64,000 bases of DNA from Candidatus Krumholzibacteriia bacterium (GCA_046484865.1 JAWOID010000135.1:11512-75511); one strand, 5' to 3'. Shown: positions 50,662-60,406, counted from the stretch's first letter. Notes: generated by a model from the letters alone, not told the origin. Translations and numbers: made by a program.

Positions 50662-51600
50662 TCACGCCACGAATTCGTTCTCGCGGTGCCATCTCAGAGC
50701 GGTTGGATCGGGACGCAATGCCGCCCGCCGCGGCAGCGCCACCTCGTGTCCGTGCCAGGCGTAGTAGACCTTGCCGTTGTCGTACTCGTCCCTCAGGCGC
50801 CGGCTCACGACGAACCGGTTGTCTTCGTCGATCGTCACGTAGCCGGCATCGAAGAGTCGGTGGATGTCCGACCGCAGGCAGATACCGTTCGAGACGTCGT
50901 GCGCGCCACCCTGCGAGTAGCTCCGTATGTGCGCCGCCTCGAGGACCGGAAGCGAGTGCTCGGTCGACACGGCGCAGGTCCGTCCGTATGCATCGAGCAC
51001 GGCGATGCGGAATGCACCCTGCCCCAGTCTCGGCCGCGTCAGAACGGGCTCGCCGTACCGATCGGCCTCGTGGAACACGGTCGCATCTGCAGCCAGGCCG
51101 GCTCCGCGCATGCCCGCTGCAACCGCCCGGCACTCCGACCAGATCCGCGCCCCTTCGCCCTGCGAGAGTTCGTAGGTCTTGCCTTGCACGATGTTCCGGG
51201 CGTAGTCGCGCGGGATCCGGATCCAGTCTGCGTCGTCGAAGAACACGCAACCAGACAAAACGATGCAGCCGATCTCGAAGGATCCCGGGCGACCGTCGGC
51301 CTTCGCCGTCCTCCGCAACCGCTGGATGTTGCCGGACATCGCGCCGAAGCTTGGTGCGCCGTTCCCCTCGCCGAATGTCTGCCAGGCGAGCCAGGCCGGC
51401 AAGACCGAGTGGTGGGCGAAGAACCCGATTCCGGCGATCGCGTTGTACGGCTGCTTGAGCTTGAGGAAGAACGGCGCTCCGGGCGAAACGGCCCGGAAAG
51501 CGCGACCGCCCGACGGCTGCCAGAAGTTCACCTCGTCGAGGCGGCGATCCCTCAGGAAGGAGAACCAGGTGAAGTCGGTGTTGGCGACGTAGCCGAGCAT
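50662..51600 (-). CDS. HNH endonuclease (putative restriction endonuclease, HNH_2)
   Basis: GYVANTD..W..EVNFWQP N-domain. RLGQGAFR..AYGRTCAVS..LEAAHI..NGICLRSDIHRLFDAG. ATG 51600 (alternative 51663). Confidence 0.9.
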   Translation of the reverse strand: MLGYVANTDFTWFSFLRDRRLDEVNFWQPSGGRAFRAVSPGAPFFLKLKQPYNAIAGIGFFAHHSVLPAWLAWQTFGEGNGAPSFGAMSGNIQRLRRTAKADGRPGSFEIGCIVLSGCVFFDDADWIRIPRDYARNIVQGKTYELSQGEGARIWSECRAVAAGMRGAGLAADATVFHEADRYGEPVLTRPRLGQGAFRIAVLDAYGRTCAVSTEHSLPVLEAAHIRSYSQGGAHDVSNGICLRSDIHRLFDAGYVTIDEDNRFVVSRRLRDEYDNGKVYYAWHGHEVALPRRAALRPDPTALRWHRENEFVA

Positions 51601-51807
51601 GATGTATCCCGGGTGGCGCGCTTGCGAACCGATCGCCTGCGTTCGCTCCGCCGCCGCAACCATCCTCGGCGCGCATCTCTGGGCGGGGGCGAATCGCTGG
51701 TGGACAAGCGTAGTCGGGCAGCGGCATCCTGTAAACGCCTGATCAGCCTACTGAACAGCCGACGTGTGAACAGCCGACGAGACGCTGACGGTGGAGGGGA
51801 TGTCGTG

Positions 51808-52500
51808 ATGATGCGTTCGGCCCTGGGAATCTGGGTCCTGGTGGTGTTGCTCACCGCACCTGTGGCCGCCGGCAGCGCGGAGACCGACCGCGAGATCGGC
51901 TGGGACCGCTTCGAGGTCGGAGTGGTCGCGGGCCTCAGCCGCGGGCACTACCGGGGCGACATCGAATCCGAGCGCGACGAAGGCGTTGCGGCCGGCCTCG
52001 TGGCGAAGCTGCGGACGTCCCGCTGGTTCTCCGTCGGCGCCGAACTCCTCTACGTCGACAAGCGGGCCGCCCATGTGCACACCGGCACGTGGTACGCTTT
52101 CGAGAGCGGCCAATGGCTGGACGTCTACTCGCGGGCGCGCTTCCAGTGGCTCGAGGTACCGCTGCTGTTCCGCTTCGTCTCTCCGCCGGGAACCTACCTC
52201 GTGATCGGCGCCTCGACGAGCATCCTGCTCGATCACAGCGACGAGTACGAGGAGGACTATCCCTGGGACGACCTCGCGGCCGGCTGGGGCTCCAACGTGG
52301 GCGGCCGCTACACGATCCTCGATCGACCCCCGGACGTGGATTCCGCCGCCATCGTCGGCGTCGGGCAGGAGATCCAGGTGGGCAACGGAACGGTCGCGCT
52401 GGAGGTCCGCTACCACCGTGGACTGCGCGACCTGAACAAGGCCAGCTCTCTCGAACTGCACATCGACGCCCTGCTGGCGACGATCGCGGTGACGTACTAG
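51808..52500 (+). CDS. Outer-membrane beta-barrel (porin-family) protein
   Basis: Signal peptide, ELLY..K, WLEVPLLFRF, LEVRYHRGL and C-terminal aromatic residue (VTY). Confidence 0.78.
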   Translation: MMRSALGIWVLVVLLTAPVAAGSAETDREIGWDRFEVGVVAGLSRGHYRGDIESERDEGVAAGLVAKLRTSRWFSVGAELLYVDKRAAHVHTGTWYAFESGQWLDVYSRARFQWLEVPLLFRFVSPPGTYLVIGASTSILLDHSDEYEEDYPWDDLAAGWGSNVGGRYTILDRPPDVDSAAIVGVGQEIQVGNGTVALEVRYHRGLRDLNKASSLELHIDALLATIAVTY

Positions 52501-52688
52501 CGGTCGACCGCACGGGCCACACGACACGGGGGGCGATCACGTCCGGGCGCCTGTCGGAGGTGTGGCTGGACGCAACTCCCCGATGGGACAGCGTGGTCAG
52601 GCGTCCCTGACCACCACGCTCTCGACGCGGGGCGGATCGTCGAGGTGCCGCTTGACGCTGCAGGGATCCGCGGCCCGCAGGATCGGTT

Positions 52689-52872
52689 GGTGTAACGATT
52701 CGTGTGTAAAAGAGATTGAGCCATGCGCTTAACCACCGGAGAATAGGTTAGCCGACTTATTTTCCATGAGGTTAGAGCGATGGCTCAGGCTAAGGATAGC
52801 ACACTCGTCCGCTTCGACGAAAGTGAGATCAAGGACTTCCTGAACCGGACCGTCAGAGACGCCGTGAAGGAC
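52689..52872 (+). mobile_element. IS256-family left-end remnant (terminal repeat plus first ~30 codons)
   Basis: GTAACGATTCGTGTGTAAAAG resembles IS256-type IRs. MAQAKDSTLVRFDESEIKDFLNRTVRDAV resembles IS256 transposase N-termini and stops abruptly. Confidence 0.5.
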
Positions 52873-53125
52873 GTCTTCGAGGCCCTTCAGCCGCTTGGCC
52901 TCCTGGATATTCAGGCCGCCGTACTTGCGCCGCCAGCGATAGTAGGTCTGCTCGCTGATCCCGTGGCGCTGGCTGAGATCCTTGGCCGGGACGCCAACTT
53001 CGCCCTCTTTCAGGACGCCGATGATCTGTTCTTCCGTGAGTCTCTTCGACCGCATGGGTGTCCTCCTGGCGATGGTACCAGGAAGACTAACTCTGGTCGT
53101 GGATCAGTTTCTGGGGGGAAGGTCA
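52873..53125 (-). mobile_element. IS3-family (IS407 group) left-end remnant with truncated orfA
   Basis: IRL TGACCTTCCCCCCAGAAACTGATCCA from 53125. orfA RLTEEQIIGVLKEGE..HGISEQTYYRWRRKYGG..EAKRLKGLED is cut before its end. No orfB. Confidence 0.85.
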
Positions 53126-53230
53126 GTCACAACGACCGCTCGCTCGCGGACCTCTGGAGAGGTACCGGGTTTGCCTGCTCATGACTCCATCCTCTCATAC
53201 ATCTCCGGCAATCCCGGGGCGGTTCACAAA

Positions 53231-54289
53231 TCACCTTGGCGCGACGGACAAAACTTGCGAATTCTTTTGCGCCGTGGTTTCGATGGCAGTGGCGGCTGCT
53301 GCGTTCTTTCCCGTTGCTTTCGAGCGCAGCAGCACGGGCGAGGTAAAGCGCGTGGCCTCTGGGGCGGTCGCGTGCGGCCTTCGACCGCGGGAGGTTCCCT
53401 CGTGCTCCGGAAATACAGCATAGGCCACGATTTGTCTCCCCACTCCGAAGGCCCGCGGCCCGATGATCTCGATGGTAGCGCCCTGTAAGCGCCGCATGTC
53501 CTCGTCAGTACCAGAGAGGACCCGAAACGGGAAGCATCTCACACTTCCCGCTTCGAGCCGACCGATCGCCATCCCCCTGCAAAGACCGTCGTATGTGAAG
53601 CCCTCAGGCAAGCGCCTGATCTCACAGCCGGTAAGCGTCCAGTTGCCCGTGTTGCGGACGTGGAGAACGTACGAAGCACCGTCACCCTTGCCACCGCTCT
53701 CAAGGATGGATGCGTCCCAACCCGGCCAGAGGTGATTGCCCAGCGGAAACGCCGTGAGCAGCGATCCCAAGACGATGCCGCCCAATCCGGCCAGACCAGT
53801 CCAGACTTTCTGTGAGCGCAATTTCGCCCGCGCCTTGCGTACGCGCCGCTCGCGTCGGAGTACCCCTTCTATGTGGAGCAGGAATTCGGAACGGTCTATA
53901 TCCGGCTTGCATATGAGATCGAAACAGGATCCTTTCTTATCCTGCTCTCGATCCCGCTCGGGGTCATGTGTTGCGAGGACGATGATGGGCTGGTTGGTTC
54001 CCTTCATGCTGCAGAATGGAGTCATGCATGCAAACCGTTTCTCGTGCCAAGTGAAGATCTCCCGGTCCACCAGCACGACCGCAAGCTTACTGCCGAGTCG
54101 ACCCTCGATATCCTTCGCTGTCTGGTCGATTTCCGCGCGGAAGGCGTCCGGTTCCGCGGAACTATCGGCCGAGATGCGGAACCAACGGACAGTGTAGTCC
54201 CCGTCAAGCCTGTTTTCCACGTGCCGGTAGAAGAACGGGCTATGGCAGACCACGAACAGGTTGGCCTTGGAGTTTCTCCACCGATTCAC
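53231..54289 (-). CDS. Atypical receiver-like domain + basic linker + single TM + extracytoplasmic beta domain
   Basis: GTG 54289 overlaps the upstream stop (GTGA). LFVV / VVLVD / PIIVLAT / FDLICKP follow the REC fold pattern. TM VWTGLAGLGGIVLGSLLTAF. Confidence 0.7.
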   Translation of the reverse strand: MNRWRNSKANLFVVCHSPFFYRHVENRLDGDYTVRWFRISADSSAEPDAFRAEIDQTAKDIEGRLGSKLAVVLVDREIFTWHEKRFACMTPFCSMKGTNQPIIVLATHDPERDREQDKKGSCFDLICKPDIDRSEFLLHIEGVLRRERRVRKARAKLRSQKVWTGLAGLGGIVLGSLLTAFPLGNHLWPGWDASILESGGKGDGASYVLHVRNTGNWTLTGCEIRRLPEGFTYDGLCRGMAIGRLEAGSVRCFPFRVLSGTDEDMRRLQGATIEIIGPRAFGVGRQIVAYAVFPEHEGTSRGRRPHATAPEATRFTSPVLLRSKATGKNAAAATAIETTAQKNSQVLSVAPR

Positions 54290-57200
54290 GGTGCTTCCTC
54301 GTCGTTCATGGCATTCGCTCGGGGGGCGATGAGTTTGGGAATGGCGAAGTGCATGGAGGTCGCCCACAACCGCAGGATCAGATCGATCCGACCAGAGGTG
54401 CTGGGTTCCCCGTTCCATAGTCGATCGAAGATGCTGAGGATGAACTCGTCCTGCTGGGTCGGCAAGCGTCCCAGTTGGATTTCGCGGCGGCCGCCGTACG
54501 GGACGAGTTGACGCAGAGGATCCGTGATCCACCGCAATGCACTTTCTTGTCCATCGGCGAGGCCATGGAGGATGCGATCCCGTTGGCTCTGCAAAGTCGA
54601 AAACCGACCAGCAGCCTCCTCGTACGCACTGATGAATTGCGAATACCAGTCGGTGTCGGGCTGCGATACGGCGGCATAGTGCGCCTGCCAGCGAGCCACA
54701 ACGGACTTGTAGAGGCGGACGTGCTGGACCTCGCCGGCGCCGAAGTCGTCACATTGCTGGAGAACGCTCCAGAAAAGCTTGTTCACGTGAGTCCGGCGAT
54801 CCTCTTCGGCCATGCAGCAGGTGGTCAGGTTGTCGCGATGAGACCGCGTCAGCAGATTGTAAAGCCCGCACCACATACCGGCATCGGCGAGGACCTCGGA
54901 AAGATGCTCCTGCAAAGAAACCAACGCAGGAAAGAGGTCCGTCGTATCCAGGAACTCGTAAATAGCCTCGGCCTGCGGCGGGCGCGGCACCCGCGGTCCG
55001 CAGACGTGCCGGAAATCCGTCAAGTAGGACCGCCGGTCACGGGCGAGTTTCATGGCCTCGTGATACAGCTTCAGATACTCCAACGGAGGAATCTTAGTTA
55101 GCAAATCCTTGCTCACATCGACGAGGTCCTGGTATGTGGCTGTGGCGAGCCAGTCGCTCGGCTTCACGGATGCAGCCACCGCTAGGTCCATGAAGTTCTT
55201 GCTAAAGGACGCCAACTCTCGCGATTTCTCGCGCACGGCCTCCTGTTCGCTTGTCGACAGTACCGTGAGGCGACCATATCCAAGGAGGAAGCGCGCCAGT
55301 TCCTTCTTCAGAATTGCATGCGCTAGCTTGCGACCGCTCTTGTTGATGATCTCCCGGGCTGTAGCGTTGCCCGGAGATGCAAGCCAGTCGGCTAGCTCAG
55401 CAACCTCGTGCAACGAGTGTGCTATAAAGTACTCCGGGAGCAACAGCGAATGGCCCGAAAAATCGAAGGCTAACAGCTTGGCACGCCACGGATGGCCATC
55501 GGCTGGCGACCCCTGCCGCTCCTCCCGTGAGAGCAAGAAGCGTCGGAAGTCTCGAAAAAATTCGAGACATATAACCCGCCCATCGGTCCCGGAGTGGACG
55601 CAACCCGCGAAATCGCGAGCCGCATCCGAAGCTCGGATCTCGGGGTCGTCCGTCGTGCGCCGGAAGAGCTCCCAGCAGAGATAGACTATCACCGAGTACG
55701 CGCCGATCGTCTTGCTCGTCCCCTCGCGGAACGTTTGGGGGAAAGGAGGGTCGCTCACGGTAGTCCGGTGCTCGATGCGGTTGCGAATGGCACGACCTAC
55801 CTGCACAAACAGATCTCGCATGTCGTTATCGAAGATACGCCGGCGTCTCGTTGTGTCCTCGTGTGTGGTACTCTCAAGATATTCCCGCCATGCATCGACG
55901 GCGCCCAGTGCATGACTCAGTTGCTGGAAGAATGGGAATAGATCTCTCGCGGCGCCGATCAGATCCTGTCGGAAAAAGCACGCGTAATAGCTGCCGAGAA
56001 TCGTCAACATCTCCGCGCGCTGGGTGGGATTCAAAAATTCGCTGCTGAATCGATCAATCCGCTCGTGCATGTCCACGAGTTCATCGTAGACAGAATCTTC
56101 GATCTTCCATGCGAGTCGGCTGTGGTTCCAACTCGGCACGGCGATCGCATCGTTTGGGAAAACGATTGCAGAATGACTGTTGAGGAGATGGAGTGACCTC
56201 CAGCGCTTGTTGAACCACAGCTCCGACCAGATGCGCTTGAAGTCGGAAAAATGGCTGAAGTAGCCGCGGATCATGTGCTGATCCCAAGTGAAATCGAAGC
56301 GCGTATCCGAGACGCCCCGCTCGGCCGCGATATCGCGGTTGAACAGCGACATCCGTTCGTTCTTCACGTGCTGATCTGAGAAACCTTCGCTGAGTTCTGC
56401 GGCGACTTGATCTTCGTGGCCACAGCGTACCCGCAGCCGGAACCGATACTGAATCCCCGCTTGACGCTCGTCATTCCAGAAATCCGATCTGTCGACCGTG
56501 GGAGTCGGCCCACCGTGAAAGGCGAAGAAAGGCTGAACGGACATGCAGCCGTGCCCGGGCTCCTCCGGTCGAGGCACATCCGCATCGGGAATTGGCCTGT
56601 GGAGTTCTCCGGACCTAAGTTCCGCAACAGTGATGCACTGGGCACTGCGGTAGCTTCGATAGAGTTCGCGCAACTCCCGTGGATTCTGGGGAAACGAAAT
56701 CAGGACCAGATCCGGGCTGCTCAGGCATCCGAAAAAATAGGTCTGATGCTCGGGCCCTTCGATCTGCTGCCACAGCCGGATGAAGCGCTCCAGTGAACGT
56801 AGCGTCTCACCATCGCGGGTGACTCCTTCGCTCTCGTGGACGACTGCGGAGACGTGAACAGCACCGAAGATGACCCATGGGTGTCGCTCAACTGTCGAAG
56901 CGTCCGCAGCGAGCGTCAGGAGAGGGTAGACTTCGTCCGGCGGTATCAGGTCCTCGTTCTGGAATGGGAAGATCACCAGGGGACTGCGATGGTTCGATGC
57001 CGCATGGGTACTGCGCGGAGAGATGCCGTTGAGGGGGCCCGGCTCGTTGAATTTGAGATAGTCGTAAATACCTATCACGTTCCAACTTCTGTCGGGCAAA
57101 AATTCAGGCTCGATCCACGGGAAGGATCTACCGGTCTGCTCGGACTGGCCAGCGAATGCGAGATCCCGCGAGAACACTGCCAACATACATTTGTCGTCTG

Positions 57201-57324
57201 GGCGGAGGGCACGGTGGAGCTTCGGCACGGGTGAACTCCTGCTGGTGTGAAAGCCGGCATCCTTCGCTCGAATTGCATCCGATCGGGTGCCAAAAACGAT
57301 GGACGTCCACGCTTGCTGATACAA
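54286..57324 (-). CDS. Large hypothetical protein (1012 aa) with a degenerate zincin-like motif
   Basis: Long ORF in a lower-GC region. LHEVAE followed later by EVLAD. No family confidently recognised; start (TTG) uncertain. Confidence 0.8.
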   Translation of the reverse strand: MYQQAWTSIVFGTRSDAIRAKDAGFHTSRSSPVPKLHRALRPDDKCMLAVFSRDLAFAGQSEQTGRSFPWIEPEFLPDRSWNVIGIYDYLKFNEPGPLNGISPRSTHAASNHRSPLVIFPFQNEDLIPPDEVYPLLTLAADASTVERHPWVIFGAVHVSAVVHESEGVTRDGETLRSLERFIRLWQQIEGPEHQTYFFGCLSSPDLVLISFPQNPRELRELYRSYRSAQCITVAELRSGELHRPIPDADVPRPEEPGHGCMSVQPFFAFHGGPTPTVDRSDFWNDERQAGIQYRFRLRVRCGHEDQVAAELSEGFSDQHVKNERMSLFNRDIAAERGVSDTRFDFTWDQHMIRGYFSHFSDFKRIWSELWFNKRWRSLHLLNSHSAIVFPNDAIAVPSWNHSRLAWKIEDSVYDELVDMHERIDRFSSEFLNPTQRAEMLTILGSYYACFFRQDLIGAARDLFPFFQQLSHALGAVDAWREYLESTTHEDTTRRRRIFDNDMRDLFVQVGRAIRNRIEHRTTVSDPPFPQTFREGTSKTIGAYSVIVYLCWELFRRTTDDPEIRASDAARDFAGCVHSGTDGRVICLEFFRDFRRFLLSREERQGSPADGHPWRAKLLAFDFSGHSLLLPEYFIAHSLHEVAELADWLASPGNATAREIINKSGRKLAHAILKKELARFLLGYGRLTVLSTSEQEAVREKSRELASFSKNFMDLAVAASVKPSDWLATATYQDLVDVSKDLLTKIPPLEYLKLYHEAMKLARDRRSYLTDFRHVCGPRVPRPPQAEAIYEFLDTTDLFPALVSLQEHLSEVLADAGMWCGLYNLLTRSHRDNLTTCCMAEEDRRTHVNKLFWSVLQQCDDFGAGEVQHVRLYKSVVARWQAHYAAVSQPDTDWYSQFISAYEEAAGRFSTLQSQRDRILHGLADGQESALRWITDPLRQLVPYGGRREIQLGRLPTQQDEFILSIFDRLWNGEPSTSGRIDLILRLWATSMHFAIPKLIAPRANAMNDEEAP

Positions 57325-57450
57325 TCATGGAGTGGATAACCTAGCGTGCAATTGATCGGGGACTTTCACGGATTGACCGGGCTTTGTCAAGTCCGGCTCG
57401 GCGGATATGGGTTTACAAGCAGGAAGCGTCGACCGGCGGCGCTCAGCGGG

Positions 57451-57696
57451 TCACTTTGGCGTGGACGGTTCCTGTGCGCTCCGCTCCCTCTCGAGTTGCC
57501 GAATGGCCTCTCCAGTGGGACACTCGTCCAAGGGATCGTCTTCGTCAGTATACTCGACCAGCAAGTCAATGTCGGCGTAATCGGCGATGATCGATCGGAA
57601 ACGGCGGTCCCGGTCATCGCTTCGTGAAGTCAAGTCGCGTACAATCGTCGTCAGCATTGATGGCCTCTCCAGGAGTTTGCGGGGTCCACATTGCAC
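57451..57696 (-). CDS. Small acidic hypothetical protein
   Basis: GAGGT RBS before GTG 57696. TTGACA at 57763-57758 upstream. Same strand as the two downstream genes. Confidence 0.45.
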   Translation of the reverse strand: MQCGPRKLLERPSMLTTIVRDLTSRSDDRDRRFRSIIADYADIDLLVEYTDEDDPLDECPTGEAIRQLERERSAQEPSTPK

Positions 57697-58127
57697 GGGC
57701 TACCTCAATTGTAGTTGTTTCTGCAACCCCGCCAATGATCTCTAAAAATCAAAAACTTGTCAACCTTTGATGAAAGGTCGATCCCGGACGAATCTAGTTG
57801 TGGTCCTCAGCCGAACTCCTAATCGTAGCAAGATGCGTGCTGGACGCGCAGCAGAACGCTGCTCCGGCTAAATGCTCCCGATGGCCATCGACACTAACAT
57901 AGCCGCCGATCGGCGCAAGCCTTTTCTCTTTTGTCCAAAGCCTCGAGCCTCGCCAGTGCACATCCCCCTAAAGCTCCGGCGGTGGGTCGTGACCATCGAG
58001 CCGCCTGCGTCGCTCGCAGCGTCCTGCGACTATTTCGCCCAGCGTAACTGTGGTTCTCCGATTCCGCCAATGACACGACCGACCCAATGGGCTCTTTCTG
58101 ACGCACTCAGCACCTAACCCCGTGCTG

Positions 58128-58207
58128 GATCCAGCAGTACAGATGCAGCCGCTCCATCGCCTCCACGGGCCCCACGCGCCCGACGCAAGCCCCGGTGCCC
58201 CCACGAT
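58128..58207 (-). pseudogene. Relic 3' end of a second TM0106 helicase homologue
   Basis: Encodes VGAPGLAS../..VEAMERLHLYCWI versus VGAPGLASASCGSVEAMERLNLYCRI at 47100-47184. One-base frameshift. Confidence 0.8.
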
Positions 58208-58219
58208 ACGGCCAGTATG

Positions 58220-58582
58220 TCACGCGTGAGTGAGCGTATCGGCCGCGGTGGTCTCCGGCACTGCGGCCGCCATCGTCGCCGGCACAGCAACGGCGGTGGT
58301 CTCCGGAGCGGCGAGTGCCGATGCGGAACGCTGCCATGGAGCGGGAATGGCCTGGCCGTATAACGCCACGACGATTCCGGCAGCGCCGATGAAAATCCCG
58401 GCGATGGTCAGGCCAGAACGCCACCTCTCCCCACGCCTCTCCTTCGCGCGACGACGCGCACCCGCCCGCTGCTTCTCTTCCAGTTGCTGGGGCTCGCGCA
58501 GCGCGGCGGAGTGAGGGGACCACCCGGCACTAGCATCCAGCTCCGGCCGCGCGAGGTGCGCTGCACCTCCACACGCGAGCAC
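58220..58582 (-). CDS. Possible small membrane protein or gene fragment
   Basis: Basic stretch followed by TM LTIAGIFIGAAGIVVALYG. No convincing start or RBS. Confidence 0.35.
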   Translation of the reverse strand: MLACGGAAHLARPELDASAGWSPHSAALREPQQLEEKQRAGARRRAKERRGERWRSGLTIAGIFIGAAGIVVALYGQAIPAPWQRSASALAAPETTAVAVPATMAAAVPETTAADTLTHA

Positions 58583-58609
58583 CGCCGGCAGTTCGAGGAC
58601 TTCGCCCAG

Positions 58610-59219
58610 GCTTCAATGGAGCCGCCTCCATTCGGAGGCGGGATCCCATCGAAATCATACGGCAACGCCTGCTGGCCTTGATGCTTCAATGGAGCCGCCT
58701 CCATTCGGAGGCGGGATCGTCACTGGCGGCATATGTGCGCGTGTCGCCGATGTCGAGCTTCAATGGAGCCGCCTCCATTCGGAGGCGGGATCTGGTCGTG
58801 GAGGTCGAGGACGCATAGTGTTCCATGTGGCTTCAATGGAGCCGCCTCCATTCGGAGGCGGGATCGTCCGTGGCGCCAAGGCTGGACTGGCTTCGCTGGC
58901 GCTTCAATGGAGCCGCCTCCATTCGGAGGCGGGATCGCGTCTCGATAACCTTCGGACCACACCAAATCCTCACGCTTCAATGGAGCCGCCTCCATTCGGA
59001 GGCGGGATCGTATCTTGGGGCGAGCGACACCCTTGGCTGTGTCTAGCTTCAATGGAGCCGCCTCCATTCGGAGGCGGGATCAGGGCCGCCTCTCTGCTGG
59101 TGGCCTCCATCACTCCGCTTCAATGGAGCCGCCTCCATTCGGAGGCGGGATCGATGGGCGTGCCGTTCGCCCTGCTCAACAACCGCCTGGCTTCAATGGA
59201 GCCGCCTCCATTCGGAGGC
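58610..59219 (-). CRISPR. CRISPR array 1 (type I-G repeat): 8 full repeats, 1 truncated repeat, 8 spacers
   Basis: GCTTCAATGGAGCCGCCTCCATTCGGAGGCGGGATC at 58610, 58683, 58757, 58830, 58901, 58974, 59046 and 59117. 30-nt partial copy at 59190-59219. Spacers 35-38 nt. Confidence 0.98.
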
Positions 59220-59220
59220 C

Positions 59221-60303
59221 GAGGCCGGCTCGACCTACGGAAAATGGTCCCACGCGGCTCGCGAGGCTTTTGCCGATCGTCTCCTCGCCGAGAAGCGCCG
59301 CAAGGCCGCTGCGAAGGGGGCGGGGAACCGCGAGCCCAAGCTCTCGAAGAAGGATGTCGAGAACGTGGAAGCCGCCGTGCCGGAGGATGTCCTCGCATGT
59401 CTCTTCCTCGACACGGCCGACATTCAGAAGGCCGGCTGGATGCGGCCCCCAGGTGCACGGGAGATTCGGTACGAGGTACGCGAGCAACGGGTGGATCGGT
59501 CCCTCGTCACCACCTCCAGCCGCCGTCAGGAACAGCGGCCGACGGTCGCTCGCTTCGCGCTGGCGTCCGACACCGTACAGGCCGATACCCGGCCGCGCCT
59601 GACGCAAGTACTCCACGTGGCCGAGACCACGCGGAAGGCGCTGATGAGCCGTGCACGTGACGACGACGGCACGACGTCACCGCTGTTCTCGGGCAAATCG
59701 GCGGATGGCGAGCCGCTGCAAAATCACCGGCACGCCTACTACATACCCTGTGACGACGACAACGACGGTCGCATCGACCATCTGGTCGTCTACGCGAGGG
59801 AAGGGTTCGGTGAACGCGAGCGGAACGCCCTGATGCTGGTCCGAAAGCTGTGGCAGCACAGGAACGCACCCGATCTCTTCCCGGTGCTGCTCGGGCTCGG
59901 CGATCCCGCCGACTTCGACGCAGGCGGTGGTCCGCGCGCGACCTCGTGCCTTGACAGTGCCCGAATCTGGATATCGCGCACCCCCTATCTCGCCGCGCGA
60001 CACAGCAAGAGCAACGGCAAGGATTCGATCGACGAGCAGGTCCGGCGTGAACTGGCCAGCATCGGGTTGCCGGAGCCGGTATTCGTCAGTCTCGCGAATC
60101 GAGGAACGGCGACCGATCGCAAGCTGATCCGGTGGTCGGAGTTCGCCCGGGTCCGGAAACGGGGAGGCGGTCGACCCGCCACGACTCGGGGATACGGGGT
60201 GCGCATCGAATTTTCCGTGAAGGTGCGAGGCCCCATCGCACTCGGCTACGGGGCGCATTTCGGACTGGGCTCGTTCGTCCCCGAACCGACCGTCTCCGCC
60301 TGA
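59221..60303 (+). pseudogene. csb2: 5'-truncated csb2 (type I-G Cas5/6 fusion); C-terminal Cas6-like half intact, possible restart at GTG 59365
   Basis: DTADIQKAGW..PPG, PTVARFAL, LFSGK..HRHAYYIP, RIDHL, WISRTPY and G-loop GPIALGYGAHFGLGSF. Frame reads back to the broken repeat with no native start. Confidence 0.88.
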
Positions 60304-60406
60304 ACGATGGAGACGCAGTTCTTTGACAACTCGATCGTCGGACTCTCCAGGGAGGAGCGTTTGTCGCGTCCTCGTGGTCGTCGACCAGGTGAAAGGTGCT
60401 GATCCC

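Noticed and set aside
51752..51779. 13-bp direct repeat TGAACAGCCGACG between divergent genes
   Set aside because: Could be an operator, but it fits the general slippage pattern and has no independent support.
47100..58207. attL/attR pair of an element integrated in the helicase 3' end
   Set aside because: The duplicated tail lies upstream of the gene rather than downstream, it is substantially diverged, and there is no integrase.
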